DNA of 64,000 nucleotides from Marispirochaeta sp. (GCA_963676835.2 CAXXFF010000002.1:1600001-1664000); one strand, 5' to 3'. Positions 27,763 through 40,125 are shown, counted from the stretch's first letter. A program made the numbers and translations. Notes: generated by a model not told the origin, from the sequence alone.

Positions 27763-30700
27763 ATGATGCTGGATACTGGGAAGCCCAGGACGCGGACATA
27801 TATCGGACAGGAGTTTCAGGAGGTCATGGATCTCCCGAATCTTGTGGACATCCAGTTATCGTCATATGAAAGATTTCTTCAGCGAGAGGCTCTGCGGGAA
27901 GGACAGCCGCTGAAGGAGCAGGGGCTTGAAGAGGTGTTTCAAAGTGTATTCCCCATAGAGAGTCCCAATGGGGACATGCTCCTGGAATACACTCGCTATA
28001 CCCTCGATGAGGAAGCAATAAAACTGACGGAGCAGGAGTGCAAGCAGAAGGGTATAACCCATGCTGTACCCATAAAAGCCCGGATAAACCTGATTTTTCA
28101 GGAAACCGGAGAAATTCGTCAGAAGGACATCTACGTTGGGGATGTTCCTCTTATGACAGACCGGGGTACCTTTATTATTAATGGTGCCGAGCGTGTTGTT
28201 GTAAGTCAGATTCACCGTTCTCCCGGTGTAATTTTCTCCCATGAAAAAGGTGTTTACTCATCACGAATTATACCGTACCGCGGTTCCTGGCTCGAGTTTG
28301 AAATCGACCAGAAGCGGGAGCTTGTATACGCTAAAATCGACCGCAAGAAGCGTATCCTCGGAACTCTGTTCCTCAGAGCTCTCGGATTTTCCACCCGTGA
28401 AGAGATTATTGATCTCTTTTACAAGACTGAGGTTATGGGTGTTGCCGAAGGGCAGAAAGAAGCCCTGAACGGTAGGGTTCTTGCCCGGGCGGTATTTATC
28501 GGCGAAGGAGAAGAGAAGCGCAAGCTTTACAAGGCAGGCGACAAGCTTCATCCCCATGACGCTGACGAGCTGGTTCATTCTGGAGTAGCAGAGGTTACGG
28601 TAATCGATTTTACTGCTGAAGGCTCTCTTGATTCGGCAATTATTCTCAACTGTTTCGAGCGGGAAGAGGTCAAGTTTACCCGGGACGATGCAGATGTGGA
28701 TGAGCCCACAAAAGAAGATGCCCTTATAGCGGTTTACTCTGTTATTATGCCAGGCGAGCCCATTACGCTTGAAAGCGCTGAAAAAGATCTTAATTCAATG
28801 TTTTTCAGTACCCGCCGCTACGATCTTGGTAAGGTTGGACGGTACAAGCTCAATAAGAAATTTGACTATGAACCTCCTGTAGAGGAGTTTACTCTTACCA
28901 GGGAAGACGTGGTTAACACTATGCTCTTTCTTATTAAGGTATATATTGGTGATTCCTACGTTGATGATATCGATCATCTTGGAAACCGGCGTATCCGTTC
29001 TGTTGGTGAGCTTATGGCAAACCAGCTTAAGACAGCCTTCAGTCGTATGGAAAGAATTGCCAAGGAGCGTATGAGTCTTAAAGAGACTGATACGGTTAAA
29101 CCTCAGGACCTGATTTCCATCAAACCCATAGTGGCGGCGATCAAGGAGTTTTTCGGATCATCCCAGCTGTCTCAGTTTATGGATCAGGTTAACCCGCTTT
29201 CCGAGCTTACCCATAAAAGAAGGCTTAACGCCCTTGGGCCTGGAGGTCTTTCGAGGGATCGTGCCGGATTTGAGGTCCGTGACGTACATTACACCCACTA
29301 TGGACGTATGTGTCCCATTGAAACACCGGAAGGACCGAACATCGGTCTTATTGTTTCGCTGGCCAACTATACCCGTGTTAATGAATACGGATTCCTTGAG
29401 GCGCCTTACCGTAAGGTTAAGGATGGAAAAGCACTTCCTGAGATTGAGTATCTCTCTGCAATGGACGAGGAAAAGTACTTTATCGCTCAGGCGAATGCCA
29501 AGATCGACAAGTCCGGTAAGTTTTCTGATGATACTGTTTCCGTCCGTAAGGCCGGGGACTATATACAGAAAAACCCTGCGGACATCCAGTATATGGACGT
29601 TTCTCCCAAGCAGGTAATCTCTGTTGCAACATCGCTCATTCCTTTCCTCGAGCATGATGATGCCAACCGTGCACTCATGGGATCAAACATGCAGCGTCAG
29701 GCAGTTCCCCTTGTTTTTACCGATCCTCCCCGGGTTGGTACCGGAATGGAAGGTAAAACCGCCTATGACTCCGGTGTGCTTGTAAAGGCGCGCCGTGCAG
29801 GTGTTGTTGAGTATGTTACTGCCGAGCAGGTAGTTATCAAGCTGGATGTACCTCATGGTGACCTTAAGAAGGATATATACCCCCTGCTGAAGTATCAGCG
29901 TACCAACCAGGATACCTGTTTCAATCAGCGCCCTGTTGTAAGGGTCGGGCAGAAGATCGCCGCCGGCGATGTTCTCGCTGACGGTCCTGCAACCAACGGT
30001 GGAGAGCTTGCTCTCGGCCGGAATGTTCTGGTCGGATTTGTGCCCTGGAACGGTTATAACTATGAGGACGCCATTCTTATTTCTGAGAAGGTCGTCAAAG
30101 AAGATATCTTTACTTCAATACATATAAAGGAATTTACCATTGATGTGCGGGAGACCAAGCTTGGACCGGAAAAGCTTACCCGCGATATTCCCAATACTTC
30201 CGAAAAGGCTCTTGATCAGCTTGATGAAGAGGGTATTGTCCGCATCGGCGCCAAGGTCGGTTCAGGGTATATCCTGGTCGGAAAGGTTACTCCCAAGTCC
30301 GAAACTGAAACCACGCCTGAGTTTAAGCTGCTTAACTCAATCTTCGGTGAGAAAGCCAAAGAGGTTCGCGACACCAGTCTCCGTGTTCCCCATGGAACCA
30401 GCGGAACGGTAATAGATGTACAGCGCCTTCGTCGCAGCGAGGGGGATGATCTTCCTCCCGGTGTTGATGAGGTTGTAAAGGTTCTTATTGCCGCCAAGCG
30501 TAAGCTTAAAGAGGGCGATAAGATGGCTGGACGTCACGGAAACAAGGGTGTTGTTGCCCGGGTTCTTCCTGAAGAGGACATGCCCTACATGGAGGATGGA
30601 ACTCCTCTGGATCTCTGTCTTAACCCTCTGGGTGTACCTTCCCGTATGAACCTTGGTCAGATTCTTGAAACTGAGCTTGGTCTTGCTGCAAGGATTCTGG

Positions 30701-31260
30701 ACGAGTGGTATTCCACTCCGGTATTCCAGTCCGCTTCTACGGAGATGATCGAGGACAAGCTTGCTGAGGCAGGTCTGCCCCGGAACTCCAAGATGGTACT
30801 GCGGGATGGTAAAACCGGTGTTATGTTTGAGAACCCCGTATTCTGCGGAATTATCTACATGCTCAAGCTTCATCACCTGGTTGATGACAAGATGCATGCC
30901 CGGTCAACCGGACCTTACTCGCTGGTTACTCAGCAGCCTCTGGGTGGTAAGGCTCAGTTTGGTGGGCAGCGTCTGGGAGAAATGGAGGTATGGGCCCTTG
31001 AAGCTTACGGTGCAGCCAATACCCTTCAGGAGCTTCTTACAATCAAGTCGGACGATATGGCGGGACGCGCCAAGATATATGAAAGCATCGTAAAGGGAGA
31101 ACCTTCTTCCAATGCCGGTGTTCCCGAATCATTCAATGTACTGGTTCAGGAGCTTCGGGGACTTGCTCTGGATGTTTCAATCTATGATTCAAAAGGAAAG
31201 CAGGTTCCCCTTACCGAGCGCGATGAAGAGCTGATCAGCCGTCAGGGAAGTCAGTTCTAA
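27763..31260 (+). CDS. rpoB: RNA polymerase beta subunit
   Basis: [21 protein letters not shown] and [18 protein letters not shown]. Confidence 0.99.
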   Translation: MMLDTGKPRTRTYIGQEFQEVMDLPNLVDIQLSSYERFLQREALREGQPLKEQGLEEVFQSVFPIESPNGDMLLEYTRYTLDEEAIKLTEQECKQKGITHAVPIKARINLIFQETGEIRQKDIYVGDVPLMTDRGTFIINGAERVVVSQIHRSPGVIFSHEKGVYSSRIIPYRGSWLEFEIDQKRELVYAKIDRKKRILGTLFLRALGFSTREEIIDLFYKTEVMGVAEGQKEALNGRVLARAVFIGEGEEKRKLYKAGDKLHPHDADELVHSGVAEVTVIDFTAEGSLDSAIILNCFEREEVKFTRDDADVDEPTKEDALIAVYSVIMPGEPITLESAEKDLNSMFFSTRRYDLGKVGRYKLNKKFDYEPPVEEFTLTREDVVNTMLFLIKVYIGDSYVDDIDHLGNRRIRSVGELMANQLKTAFSRMERIAKERMSLKETDTVKPQDLISIKPIVAAIKEFFGSSQLSQFMDQVNPLSELTHKRRLNALGPGGLSRDRAGFEVRDVHYTHYGRMCPIETPEGPNIGLIVSLANYTRVNEYGFLEAPYRKVKDGKALPEIEYLSAMDEEKYFIAQANAKIDKSGKFSDDTVSVRKAGDYIQKNPADIQYMDVSPKQVISVATSLIPFLEHDDANRALMGSNMQRQAVPLVFTDPPRVGTGMEGKTAYDSGVLVKARRAGVVEYVTAEQVVIKLDVPHGDLKKDIYPLLKYQRTNQDTCFNQRPVVRVGQKIAAGDVLADGPATNGGELALGRNVLVGFVPWNGYNYEDAILISEKVVKEDIFTSIHIKEFTIDVRETKLGPEKLTRDIPNTSEKALDQLDEEGIVRIGAKVGSGYILVGKVTPKSETETTPEFKLLNSIFGEKAKEVRDTSLRVPHGTSGTVIDVQRLRRSEGDDLPPGVDEVVKVLIAAKRKLKEGDKMAGRHGNKGVVARVLPEEDMPYMEDGTPLDLCLNPLGVPSRMNLGQILETELGLAARILDEWYSTPVFQSASTEMIEDKLAEAGLPRNSKMVLRDGKTGVMFENPVFCGIIYMLKLHHLVDDKMHARSTGPYSLVTQQPLGGKAQFGGQRLGEMEVWALEAYGAANTLQELLTIKSDDMAGRAKIYESIVKGEPSSNAGVPESFNVLVQELRGLALDVSIYDSKGKQVPLTERDEELISRQGSQF

Positions 31261-31292
31261 GCCCGATCAGGGACTACAGTCAGGAGAGTGCC

Positions 31293-34200
31293 ATGAGGGA
31301 TATTCAGGATTTCGATAACATAATGATAAAGCTGGCCAGCCCCGAACAGATTCGGGCCTGGTCTTACGGCGAAGTTAAAAAGCCGGAAACTATAAACTAC
31401 CGAACCCTTCGTCCGGAAAAGGACGGTCTGTTCTGTGAACGGATCTTTGGTACCACCAAGGAATGGGAATGTTACTGCGGTAAGTTCAAGTCAATTCGAT
31501 ATAAGGGAGTGATTTGTGACCGTTGTGGCGTTGAGGTGACTCACTTCAAGGTGCGCCGTGAGAGGATGGGCCATATTGAGCTGGCTTCGCCGGTGTCTCA
31601 TATCTGGTATTACCGCTCTGTTCCGTCAAGAATGGGGCTTCTGCTGGATCTGACCATCGCGTCTCTGCGGGCGATTCTCTACTACGAAAAGCATGTAGTA
31701 ATTGATCCCGGCGACACTGACCTCAAGTATATGGAGCTTCTTTCTGAAGAAGAGTTCCTCGAGGCCCGTGAGCGTTTCGGTATGAGTTTTACCGCCGGAA
31801 TCGGTGCAGACGCTATCAGGACTCTCCTTGAGCAGCTCGATCTCGATGCTCTCAGTGCGGAACTGCGCATGAAGATGGTCGAGAAGGGTGCGAAATCCGA
31901 CAAACGGCTCCTGAAAAGAATTGAGATCGTAGAGAACTTCCGGGATTCGGACAATAATCCGGACTGGATGATCCTTGATGTTATTCCGGTTATTCCGCCG
32001 GAGTTGCGCCCCATGGTACAGCTTGACGGAGGCCGTTTTGCAACTTCCGACCTTAACGATCTTTATCGCAGGGTAATCAACCGTAACAACCGTCTGAAAA
32101 GACTTATGACCCTGAATGCTCCTGATATTATTATCCGTAACGAAAAGCGGATGCTTCAGGAAGCCGTGGATGCACTATTTGACAACTCCAAGAAAAAGCG
32201 GGTTGTGAAGGGTGCTTCAAACAGACCTCTTAAGTCTCTTTCGGATATGCTTAAAGGTAAGCAGGGGCGCTTCCGTCAGAACCTCCTTGGTAAGCGTGTT
32301 GACTACTCTGGACGTTCTGTAATTGTTGTAGGTCCTGAACTGCGTATGCATCAGTGCGGACTGCCCACCAAGATGGCCCTTGAGCTCTATAAGCCCTTCA
32401 TTATGAAGAAGCTTGTTGAAAAGGATGTTGTATACAACATTAAAAAGGCTAAAACCCTGGTAGAGCAGGAGACTCCCGAGGTGTGGGCTGTTCTCGATGA
32501 GGTAGTCCGGGAACATCCGGTGCTGCTTAACCGTGCACCTACTCTGCACCGGCTTGGTATTCAGGCCTTCGAGCCTGTCCTTGTTGAAGGTAAGGCTATC
32601 AAGCTGCATCCTCTTGTGTGTCATGCCTATAATGCCGACTTTGACGGTGACCAGATGGCGGTTCACGTGCCTCTTACCCAGGCGGCTCAGATTGAGTGCT
32701 GGACCATGATGCTTTCAGTAAACAACCTGCTGAACCCTGCAAATGGTACTCCTATTGTTTTCCCTTCTCAGGATATGGTTCTCGGAATCAACTACCTGAC
32801 CAAAGAAAAGGAAGGCGTGACCGGTACGGGTAAGTATTTCGGATCTTCCGACGAAGTTTTTATGGCCGTCGATGCCGGTGCGGTTAACTACCATGCCGCC
32901 ATCAAGGTGAAGATGAACGGCGAGTGGGTTGAGACCACCGCTGGGCGGGTTATTCTGAATGAAGAGCTGCCCGATGAGGTCGGCTATGTTAACTATCCTC
33001 TTGGTGATAAGCAACTTCGAAGCCTTGTTGCTAAAACTTATAAGGATCACGGGCCTGCAACGGCGGTGAAGATGCTTGATACCATCAAGGATGTGGGATT
33101 CAAGTATGCAACTGTTTTTGGTGCGACAATCGGTGTAGATGATATTGTTATTCCCGATGAAAAGAAGGGGATGATTGATGCTGCCAATAATCAGGTGTCC
33201 GAGATTCAGAATCAGTACCTTCAGGGTCATATTACCCAGGAAGAGCGTTATAACCGTGTTGTTGAGGTCTGGTCGAAAACCAATGAGGATCTTACCAATA
33301 CCCTGATGAAGTCTCTGGAGAAAGACCGGGATGGGTTTAACCCCGTCTATATGATGGCCAATTCCGGAGCCCGTGGTAGCCGTACCCAGATACGTCAGCT
33401 CTCCGGTATGCGCGGTCTTATGGCGAAATCTACCGGTGATATTATCGAACTTCCTATCCGGTCGAACTTTAAAGAAGGTCTTTCAATTATCGAGTTCTTT
33501 ATCTCCACCAATGGTGCCCGTAAGGGGCTTGCGGATACGGCACTTAAAACTGCCGGTGCAGGTTATCTTACCCGTCGTCTGGTTGATATTGCCCAGGATG
33601 TGGTTGTTAACGAGCTGGACTGCGGCACTATTAACGGTATTGAAACCAAGGCAATTAAAGACGGTGAGGAGATTGTAGAGTCTCTGGTTGACCGTATTGC
33701 CGGGCGCTTCACCCTTGAGCGGGTTAAGCACCCTATTACCGGTGAGATTATTATCGATGTAAATGAAGAGATAACCGACGAAATTGCCCAGGCCATTGAA
33801 GAGGCTGGGGTTGAGTCGGTACGTATCCGTACGGTACTTACCTGTGAAGCTCGTCATGGCGTATGTCAGAAGTGCTACGGCCGGAACCTGGCAACAAACA
33901 GAACTGTCGAGATTGGAGAGGCTGTCGGAATTATTGCTGCCCAGTCCATTGGTCAGCCGGGAACCCAGCTTACCATGCGTACCTTCCATATCGGTGGTGC
34001 GGCAACAAGTGTGGCAGAAGAGAACAGGACATACCTTAGGTACCCGGTTCTTATCAGAGAAATTCTCGGTAATACCGTAACCCTTGAAACCGGCGACAGG
34101 TTGTTCACTCGAAAGGGCTTTGTGACGGTTTCCAAAATTATTCGAAGGGTGGAAATTGCCAAAGGTGACAGTCTGCAGATTGAGGACGGTCAGAAGGTAA

Positions 34201-35516
34201 TTGCAGGAGAAGTGCTTCTCAAGCGGGGAAAAGAGGAAATCCTTTCCGAAGAGATCGCTTATGTGGTGGTCAGAGAAAATGAGATTCTTCTGGTTGCGCA
34301 GGAGCAGCGGATTGATATTCGTAACGGAGCTGAGCTGCTTGTTGAAGTAGGCGATGTTGTTGCTGCAGAAGATTCTATTGCGGTGTTCGACCCCTTTTCT
34401 GAACCTATCATTGCGGAAGTAAGCGGAAAAGTACGTTTTGAAGATATTGTCCTCGGTACAACTTTGAAAGAAGAGGTCAATGAGGATACCGGAAAGATCG
34501 AGAAGAAGATAACCGAGTTTACCCTTGAGTCTTTGCAGCCCCGGATTATTATTGAGGATGCGGAAGGGGAAGAGCTTGCATCTTATTTCCTTCCCGGTTC
34601 TGCCTATCTTAACGTTGAGAACGGTGATACGATTACTGAAGGCCGCACGATGGTTAAGCTGCTTAAGGAAAGTGTTAAAACCCGGGATATTACCGGTGGT
34701 CTTCCCCGGGTTGATGAGCTTTTTGAGGCGCGTCACCCCAAGAGTGCTACAGTTCTTTCCAAGGTTGGCGGAACGGTAAACTTTAAGGGAATTGTAAAGG
34801 GCAAGCGCGTTCTCGAAATTGAAGATGATTTCGGTGGAAAGCACAAACACCTTGTTCCCATGGGTAAGCACCTTCTGGTTCGTGACCGTGACCTTGTAAT
34901 GGCTGGAGAAGGACTCTGTGACGGAGCTGTCGATCCTCACGATGTCCTGGATATCGAGGGGGAAAATGCTCTGCAGTCATTCCTTGTTAACGAAGTCCAG
35001 GAAGTTTATCGACTTCAGGGTGTAAACATAAATGACAAGCACATTGGAGTTATTGTCCGGCAGATGATGCGTAAGGTTGAGATTATCCAGGTGGGTGATA
35101 CCAACTTTATCTTCGGGCAGCAGGTTGATAAGTATCGTTTCCATGAAGAAAACGAAAAGGTAATCCGTGAGGGTGGTCAGCCGGCCGTAGCCCGTCCGCT
35201 GCTCCTGGGAATTACCCGGGCATCCCTGAATATTGATTCATGGGTATCCGCGGCTTCCTTCCAGGAAACCACCAAGGTTCTGACCAATGCGGCAATTTCC
35301 GGAGACACCGACTCTCTGCGGGGTCTGAAGGAGAACGTTGCAATCGGACACCTTATTCCTGCGGGAACCGGTATGCGGAAGTATAAGAATATGAAGCTCT
35401 TTGATGATACCAGTGACGATCTGGATGCATCTGTACAGAGCATTCTGGAACAGCGTAAGCTTGAGAAAGAAGCGCAGTTGGAGAAAGAGACCCTCGAGGA
35501 AGAGGTTGAAGCCTGA
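31293..35516 (+). CDS. rpoC: RNA polymerase beta' subunit
   Basis: NADFDGD catalytic motif, Zn finger and an insertion in the trigger loop. Confidence 0.99.
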   Translation: MRDIQDFDNIMIKLASPEQIRAWSYGEVKKPETINYRTLRPEKDGLFCERIFGTTKEWECYCGKFKSIRYKGVICDRCGVEVTHFKVRRERMGHIELASPVSHIWYYRSVPSRMGLLLDLTIASLRAILYYEKHVVIDPGDTDLKYMELLSEEEFLEARERFGMSFTAGIGADAIRTLLEQLDLDALSAELRMKMVEKGAKSDKRLLKRIEIVENFRDSDNNPDWMILDVIPVIPPELRPMVQLDGGRFATSDLNDLYRRVINRNNRLKRLMTLNAPDIIIRNEKRMLQEAVDALFDNSKKKRVVKGASNRPLKSLSDMLKGKQGRFRQNLLGKRVDYSGRSVIVVGPELRMHQCGLPTKMALELYKPFIMKKLVEKDVVYNIKKAKTLVEQETPEVWAVLDEVVREHPVLLNRAPTLHRLGIQAFEPVLVEGKAIKLHPLVCHAYNADFDGDQMAVHVPLTQAAQIECWTMMLSVNNLLNPANGTPIVFPSQDMVLGINYLTKEKEGVTGTGKYFGSSDEVFMAVDAGAVNYHAAIKVKMNGEWVETTAGRVILNEELPDEVGYVNYPLGDKQLRSLVAKTYKDHGPATAVKMLDTIKDVGFKYATVFGATIGVDDIVIPDEKKGMIDAANNQVSEIQNQYLQGHITQEERYNRVVEVWSKTNEDLTNTLMKSLEKDRDGFNPVYMMANSGARGSRTQIRQLSGMRGLMAKSTGDIIELPIRSNFKEGLSIIEFFISTNGARKGLADTALKTAGAGYLTRRLVDIAQDVVVNELDCGTINGIETKAIKDGEEIVESLVDRIAGRFTLERVKHPITGEIIIDVNEEITDEIAQAIEEAGVESVRIRTVLTCEARHGVCQKCYGRNLATNRTVEIGEAVGIIAAQSIGQPGTQLTMRTFHIGGAATSVAEENRTYLRYPVLIREILGNTVTLETGDRLFTRKGFVTVSKIIRRVEIAKGDSLQIEDGQKVIAGEVLLKRGKEEILSEEIAYVVVRENEILLVAQEQRIDIRNGAELLVEVGDVVAAEDSIAVFDPFSEPIIAEVSGKVRFEDIVLGTTLKEEVNEDTGKIEKKITEFTLESLQPRIIIEDAEGEELASYFLPGSAYLNVENGDTITEGRTMVKLLKESVKTRDITGGLPRVDELFEARHPKSATVLSKVGGTVNFKGIVKGKRVLEIEDDFGGKHKHLVPMGKHLLVRDRDLVMAGEGLCDGAVDPHDVLDIEGENALQSFLVNEVQEVYRLQGVNINDKHIGVIVRQMMRKVEIIQVGDTNFIFGQQVDKYRFHEENEKVIREGGQPAVARPLLLGITRASLNIDSWVSAASFQETTKVLTNAAISGDTDSLRGLKENVAIGHLIPAGTGMRKYKNMKLFDDTSDDLDASVQSILEQRKLEKEAQLEKETLEEEVEA

Positions 35517-35596
35517 TATTTCTCCGTCATGCTGAATCTGCGGTTCACATCTTTAGATCATATATAGACGCCCTCGCGGTATGCCTGGGCGTCGGC

Positions 35597-35625
35597 TTGA
35601 CTTTTGTCAAGGTGACTGCTATAGT
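35597..35625 (+). promoter_or_regulatory. Sigma70 promoter of rpsL-rpsG
   Basis: TTGACT-17bp-TATAGT with TGn extension. Confidence 0.7.
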
Positions 35626-35662
35626 CACGGCTCAAAGATCAATTATTGGGAGTTGGATATAA

Positions 35663-36037
35663 ATGCCGACTATTAATCAGCTCATTCGTAAAGGGCGAAA
35701 AGCTACTACGAAGAAGACCAAATCTCCGGCTCTGGAGTCCTGCCCTCAGAAGCGTGGTGTTTGCACCCGTGTTATGACGGTCACTCCGAAGAAGCCTAAC
35801 TCTGCCCTTCGTAAGGTAGCTCGTGTTAGATTGACTAACGGATTTGAAGCAACTGCGTATATTCCCGGAATCGGACATAACCTTCAGGAGCACTCTGTTG
35901 TACTGCTCCGCGGCGGTCGTGTTAAAGACCTTCCCGGTGTTCGCTATCATATTATCCGCGGTGCCAAGGATACCCTTGGTGTAGATGACCGCCGACAGGG
36001 ACGCTCCAAGTATGGAGCCAAGAAGCCCAAGGCTTAA
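35663..36037 (+). CDS. rpsL: 30S ribosomal protein S12
   Basis: [17 protein letters not shown] and [10 protein letters not shown]. Confidence 0.99.
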   Translation: MPTINQLIRKGRKATTKKTKSPALESCPQKRGVCTRVMTVTPKKPNSALRKVARVRLTNGFEATAYIPGIGHNLQEHSVVLLRGGRVKDLPGVRYHIIRGAKDTLGVDDRRQGRSKYGAKKPKA

Positions 36038-36048
36038 GGAGGACCGAA

Positions 36049-36519
36049 ATGAGTAGACGTAAAGTAAGTCCCGTACGCCCTGTACTTCCCGATCCCCGTT
36101 TCGGAAGCAAGGTTCTGGCAAAGTTTGTAGCCCGCATGATGGTTGACGGCAAAAAGTCTGTTGCCCGCGGTATTGTTTACGATGCCCTCGATGTGGTTCA
36201 GAAGAAGATTAATGAAGAGCCTCTTGAGGTTTTTCTGAAGGCTATTGAAAATGTAAAGCCCGCTGTTGAGGTTAAATCCCGCCGTGTAGGTGGTTCAACC
36301 TATCAGGTTCCTGTGGAGGTTCGTGAGACCCGTCGGGAAGCTCTGGCTATGCGCTGGATTATCCAGGCATCCCGGGACCGTAGCGGTAAGTCCATGAGTG
36401 AGCGCCTCAGCGCCGAACTTATGGATGCTTACAATAATGCAGGTGTAGCATTCAAAAAGAAAGAGGATACCCACCGGATGGCGGATGCCAATAAGGCTTT
36501 CAGTCACTACCGCTGGTAA
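36049..36519 (+). CDS. rpsG: 30S ribosomal protein S7
   Basis: [22 protein letters not shown]. Confidence 0.99.
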   Translation: MSRRKVSPVRPVLPDPRFGSKVLAKFVARMMVDGKKSVARGIVYDALDVVQKKINEEPLEVFLKAIENVKPAVEVKSRRVGGSTYQVPVEVRETRREALAMRWIIQASRDRSGKSMSERLSAELMDAYNNAGVAFKKKEDTHRMADANKAFSHYRW

Positions 36520-36526
36520 ACAACTC

Positions 36527-36555
36527 TTGACGAAAAACCGTGGAGAGTATATTCT
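36527..36555 (+). promoter_or_regulatory. Sigma70 promoter upstream of the tuf leader
   Basis: TTGACG-17bp-TATTCT. Confidence 0.6.
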
Positions 36556-36576
36556 ACTCTCCACGTTAAGTTTTTA

Positions 36577-36795
36577 GTTTGGTTTAATGCGTGAGATCGT
36601 GTTGCGCACCGGGCAGTACTGCCGGGGTGTGTAACCAATGACACTGCAGCCAAACCGGTCGTTCTCAAGGAGAGTGATCAGGTGGTGCGGGTTAGATCTT
36701 GGAACAGCTGCGAACGCGCGGCCCCTCGATTAATTCCTGTCTCTATCTTTCGGCACTTCTGCCGATGTAAGATCTACCCCTTTATATACGACCTT
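36577..36795 (+). ncRNA. Candidate structured 5' leader or ncRNA upstream of tuf (unclassified)
   Basis: Several nested stems with G-U pairs, read by eye (details in findings). Confidence 0.5.
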
Positions 36796-36870
36796 GAAAC
36801 TTTTTATGGCTTGTGATTATATAATGCTTTTAAAATTTTTGCGCCCGAATAAGCGCAAGGAGGAATAGGA

Positions 36871-38061
36871 ATGGCCAAAGAAAAATTTGAGAGGACGAAG
36901 CCGCACGTAAACGTTGGTACTATTGGCCACGTTGACCACGGCAAGACCACTCTCACTGCTGCTATCACTATGTACAGCGCTGCTAAGTACGGTGGTAAGC
37001 TTCTGAAGTATGATGAGATCGATAACGCTCCGGAAGAAAAAGCCAGAGGAATCACGATCAACACCCGTCACGTTGAGTATGAAACAGACAATCGTCACTA
37101 TGCTCACGTTGACTGCCCCGGTCACGCCGACTATATCAAGAATATGATTACCGGTGCGGCTCAGATGGACGGTGCTGTTATCGTAGTTGCTGCTACTGAC
37201 GGCGCTATGTCTCAGACCAAAGAGCACATCCTGCTCGCACGCCAGGTTGGTGTACCTTCACTTATTGTTTTTATTAACAAGTGTGACCAGGTTGACGATC
37301 CCGACCTTATTGAACTTGTAGAAGAAGAGATGAAAGATCTTCTCAACGAGTATGGTTTCCCCGGAGATGATACTCCCATTATCAAGGGTTCTGCTTTTGA
37401 GGCAATGGACAACCCTGATGATGCAGAGAAGACCAAGTGTATTGATGAGCTTCTTGCTGCAATGGACAGCTTTTTTCCTGAGCCCGAACGTGCTATCGAC
37501 GGTGCATTCCTTATGCCTATCGAAGACGTGTTCTCAATTCAGGGACGTGGTACCGTTGTTACCGGACGTATTGAGCGCGGTATCGTTAAGGTTTCCGATG
37601 AATGTGAAATCGTTGGTATCAAAGATACTCAGAAAACCGTTTGTACCGGTGTTGAGATGTTTAACAAGCTTCTTGATCAGGGTCAGGCAGGTGACAATAT
37701 CGGTGCACTTCTTCGTGGAACTGACAAAAAAGACGTTGAGCGTGGTCAGGTACTGGCAAAGCCCGGTACTATCACACCTCACAAGAAGTTCAGAGGTCAG
37801 GTATACGTACTGAACAAGGAAGAGGGCGGTCGTCACTCACCCTTCTTTTCCGGTTACCGCCCCCAGTTCTACTTCAGAACTACCGACATTACCGGAAGCA
37901 TTACTCTTCCTGCTGACAAGCAGATGGTTATGCCCGGTGACAACACCGAGATCGATGTAGAGCTTATCCACGCTATCGCGATGGAGAAAGGTCTTAAGTT
38001 CGCTATCCGTGAGGGTGGACGTACTGTAGCATCCGGTCAGGTAATCGAAATTACCGAGTAA
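36871..38061 (+). CDS. tuf: Elongation factor Tu
   Basis: [20 protein letters not shown] and [11 protein letters not shown]. Confidence 0.99.
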   Translation: MAKEKFERTKPHVNVGTIGHVDHGKTTLTAAITMYSAAKYGGKLLKYDEIDNAPEEKARGITINTRHVEYETDNRHYAHVDCPGHADYIKNMITGAAQMDGAVIVVAATDGAMSQTKEHILLARQVGVPSLIVFINKCDQVDDPDLIELVEEEMKDLLNEYGFPGDDTPIIKGSAFEAMDNPDDAEKTKCIDELLAAMDSFFPEPERAIDGAFLMPIEDVFSIQGRGTVVTGRIERGIVKVSDECEIVGIKDTQKTVCTGVEMFNKLLDQGQAGDNIGALLRGTDKKDVERGQVLAKPGTITPHKKFRGQVYVLNKEEGGRHSPFFSGYRPQFYFRTTDITGSITLPADKQMVMPGDNTEIDVELIHAIAMEKGLKFAIREGGRTVASGQVIEITE

Positions 38062-38074
38062 TTTGTTTCTATCG

Positions 38075-38108
38075 GGTCCCGCCCGTTTTAGTGGCGGGGC
38101 CTTTTTTT
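38075..38108 (+). terminator. Intrinsic terminator between tuf and rpsJ
   Basis: GGTCCCGCC/GGCGGGGCC stem followed by T7. Confidence 0.75.
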
Positions 38109-38118
38109 AGGAGGAAGG

Positions 38119-38427
38119 ATGGCGAAGAATAGGATTCGCGTACGGTTGCGCGGCTTTGATGTCGAACTGGTCGATCAGAGCGCTAAATCAATCGTACAAA
38201 CCGTCGGTAAGGCAGGGGCCAGAGTAGCTGGACCTATCCCTCTCCCGACTAAAATCAACAAGTTTACCGTGCTGCGTTCTCCCCACGTTAACAAGAAGTC
38301 CAGGGAGCAGTTTGAGATGCGCACGCACAAGCGGTTGATAGATATTCTGGATCCGACGTCCAAAGTTATGGACGCACTTATGAAATTAGAGTTGCCCGCC
38401 GGAGTTGATGTAGAAATCAAGCAGTAG
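38119..38427 (+). CDS. rpsJ: 30S ribosomal protein S10
   Basis: [21 protein letters not shown]. Confidence 0.99.
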   Translation: MAKNRIRVRLRGFDVELVDQSAKSIVQTVGKAGARVAGPIPLPTKINKFTVLRSPHVNKKSREQFEMRTHKRLIDILDPTSKVMDALMKLELPAGVDVEIKQ

Positions 38428-38499
38428 GCTGGTGTGACAATAATACGTCTGCCTGACGAAAGATGCACGCAGACCACTTTTATTGATCGAGGTTAAGCA

Positions 38500-39123
38500 A
38501 TGTTGGGTTTGTTGGGAAAAAAACTTGGAATGACCCAGGTTTTCGATGACCGGGGAGTTTTGACTCCGGTTACGGTTATAGAGATTGTAGAAAATACCAT
38601 CCTTGATGAAAGGACTGAAGAAAGGGACGGCTACAGCGCAGCTATTATCGGCGCTTTTGATCAGAAAGAGTCCCGTATGAGTAAGCCTGTTCTGGGGCAG
38701 TTTAAAAAGAGCGGATCCGGCGCCAAGCGGATTATTCAGGAAGTCCGCGATGCGGATTTTGAAGGCGAGGCCGGAACTTCACTCGGGATCGCACAGTTTG
38801 AAGATGTCCGTTTTGTTGATGTAGTTGGCGATTCCAAGGGTAAAGGTTACCAGGGTGTAATGAAGCGTCACGGTTTTAAAGGTGGACGTGCTACGCACGG
38901 TTCCAAGTTTCACCGTGCACCTGGTAGTACCGGTATGGCGGCGTATCCTTCTAAGGTACTGAAGGGTAAAAAGATGCCCGGTAGAATGGGTAATGACCGC
39001 GTAACTGTACAGAACCTGCTGGTTGTCAAGGTCGATGCTGAAAAGAACGCCCTGCTTGTTAAAGGTGCGGTTCCTGGTCCGAAGAACGGCGTAGTATTCG
39101 TTCGGAAAGCCAAGAAGAAGTAG
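38500..39123 (+). CDS. rplC: 50S ribosomal protein L3
   Basis: GKKLGMTQ, SKGKGYQG and GAVPG. Confidence 0.99.
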   Translation: MLGLLGKKLGMTQVFDDRGVLTPVTVIEIVENTILDERTEERDGYSAAIIGAFDQKESRMSKPVLGQFKKSGSGAKRIIQEVRDADFEGEAGTSLGIAQFEDVRFVDVVGDSKGKGYQGVMKRHGFKGGRATHGSKFHRAPGSTGMAAYPSKVLKGKKMPGRMGNDRVTVQNLLVVKVDAEKNALLVKGAVPGPKNGVVFVRKAKKK

Positions 39124-39155
39124 TCTTAAGCAGGATATTGGAATAGAGGCGATCA

Positions 39156-39794
39156 ATGGAAAAGAAGGTTTTGTCTACGGACGGAAAAGAGATACGGAGC
39201 ATTGAACTGGCTGATCAGGTCTTTGGACGTGAGGTCAGTGAAGGTGCTATTTATTATGCGATCCGCAATGAACTTGCGAATCTCAGAGTGGGGACAGCCT
39301 CCACAAAGACACGGGCTGAAGTTCGTGGTGCTGGTGGAAAGCCCTGGAGTCAGAAGGGAACCGGACGTGCGCGTTCGGGTCACAGGCGCTCTCCTCTCTG
39401 GGTTGGCGGTGGAATTGTTTTCGGGCCAAAGCCCAGAGATTTCAGTTACACCATGCCCCGGAAGATGAAGCGGGCGGCTATGATGTCTATCCTGAGCATG
39501 AAAGCAGCTAATGACTCTCTCATGGTTGTTGAAGACTTTTCAGTGGAAAGCGGGAAGACAAAGGATTTTGCAGCTATCCTGAAGAATTTCAGCCAGGGTG
39601 AAAGAACTGTAGTAGTTCTTAAGGATGATGATGCAATGGTACGTCGGGCGGGGAAGAATATCCCCTGGCTTAGGATTCTCTCCTATAACCGGCTCCGGGC
39701 GCATGATCTGTTTTATGCACGGAAACTGGTAGTTCTGGAAACTGCTGCAAAGAATCTTAATGAGTTTTACGCACCCAAGGCTGCGAAGGCCTGA
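39156..39794 (+). CDS. rplD: 50S ribosomal protein L4
   Basis: KPWSQKGTGRAR; GGGIVFGPKPR. Confidence 0.99.
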   Translation: MEKKVLSTDGKEIRSIELADQVFGREVSEGAIYYAIRNELANLRVGTASTKTRAEVRGAGGKPWSQKGTGRARSGHRRSPLWVGGGIVFGPKPRDFSYTMPRKMKRAAMMSILSMKAANDSLMVVEDFSVESGKTKDFAAILKNFSQGERTVVVLKDDDAMVRRAGKNIPWLRILSYNRLRAHDLFYARKLVVLETAAKNLNEFYAPKAAKA

Positions 39795-39805
39795 GGGGGG
39801 AAGTA

Positions 39806-40108
39806 ATGGATTTACAGCAGATTATTATTGAACCGGTTTTAACTGAAAAAACCAATATCATGCGGGAAGCTGAGCAGAAGAAGTACGTCTTCAAGGTTCA
39901 TCCCTGGGCAAACAAGAATATGGTCATGCGTGCCATGAAAGAACTGTTTGATGTAAAGCCTGTTAAGTGCAACATCATCAATGTTAAGTCCAAGCCCCGG
40001 GCTACCCGCACCAAGCATGGTGTTCGCAGAGGAACTACAACTCCCTGGAAGAAGGCGATTGTAACCCTTGCGGCTGGTCAGAAAATCGACGCGATTGACG
40101 GCGTTTAA
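39806..40108 (+). CDS. rplW: 50S ribosomal protein L23
   Basis: PVLTEK and WKKAIVTL; position in the S10 operon. Confidence 0.98.
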   Translation: MDLQQIIIEPVLTEKTNIMREAEQKKYVFKVHPWANKNMVMRAMKELFDVKPVKCNIINVKSKPRATRTKHGVRRGTTTPWKKAIVTLAAGQKIDAIDGV

Positions 40109-40125
40109 GGCAGGGAGAGTCAGGA

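Noticed and set aside
33483..34940. 485-aa antisense ORF in rpoC, and many similar antisense ORFs in ribosomal and metabolic genes
   Set aside because: They fully overlap conserved genes, have no recognisable motifs, and are expected from codon bias.
36587..36634. 15-codon uORF MREIVLRTGQYCRGV resembling the tubulin MREI N-terminus
   Set aside because: It has no SD, is buried in a stable hairpin, and is short enough to be chance. Ribo-seq would be needed to revive it.
36520..36870. fusA pseudogene remnant between rpsG and tuf
   Set aside because: No long + strand ORF or EF-G motif was noticed. The sequence looks like structured RNA instead.
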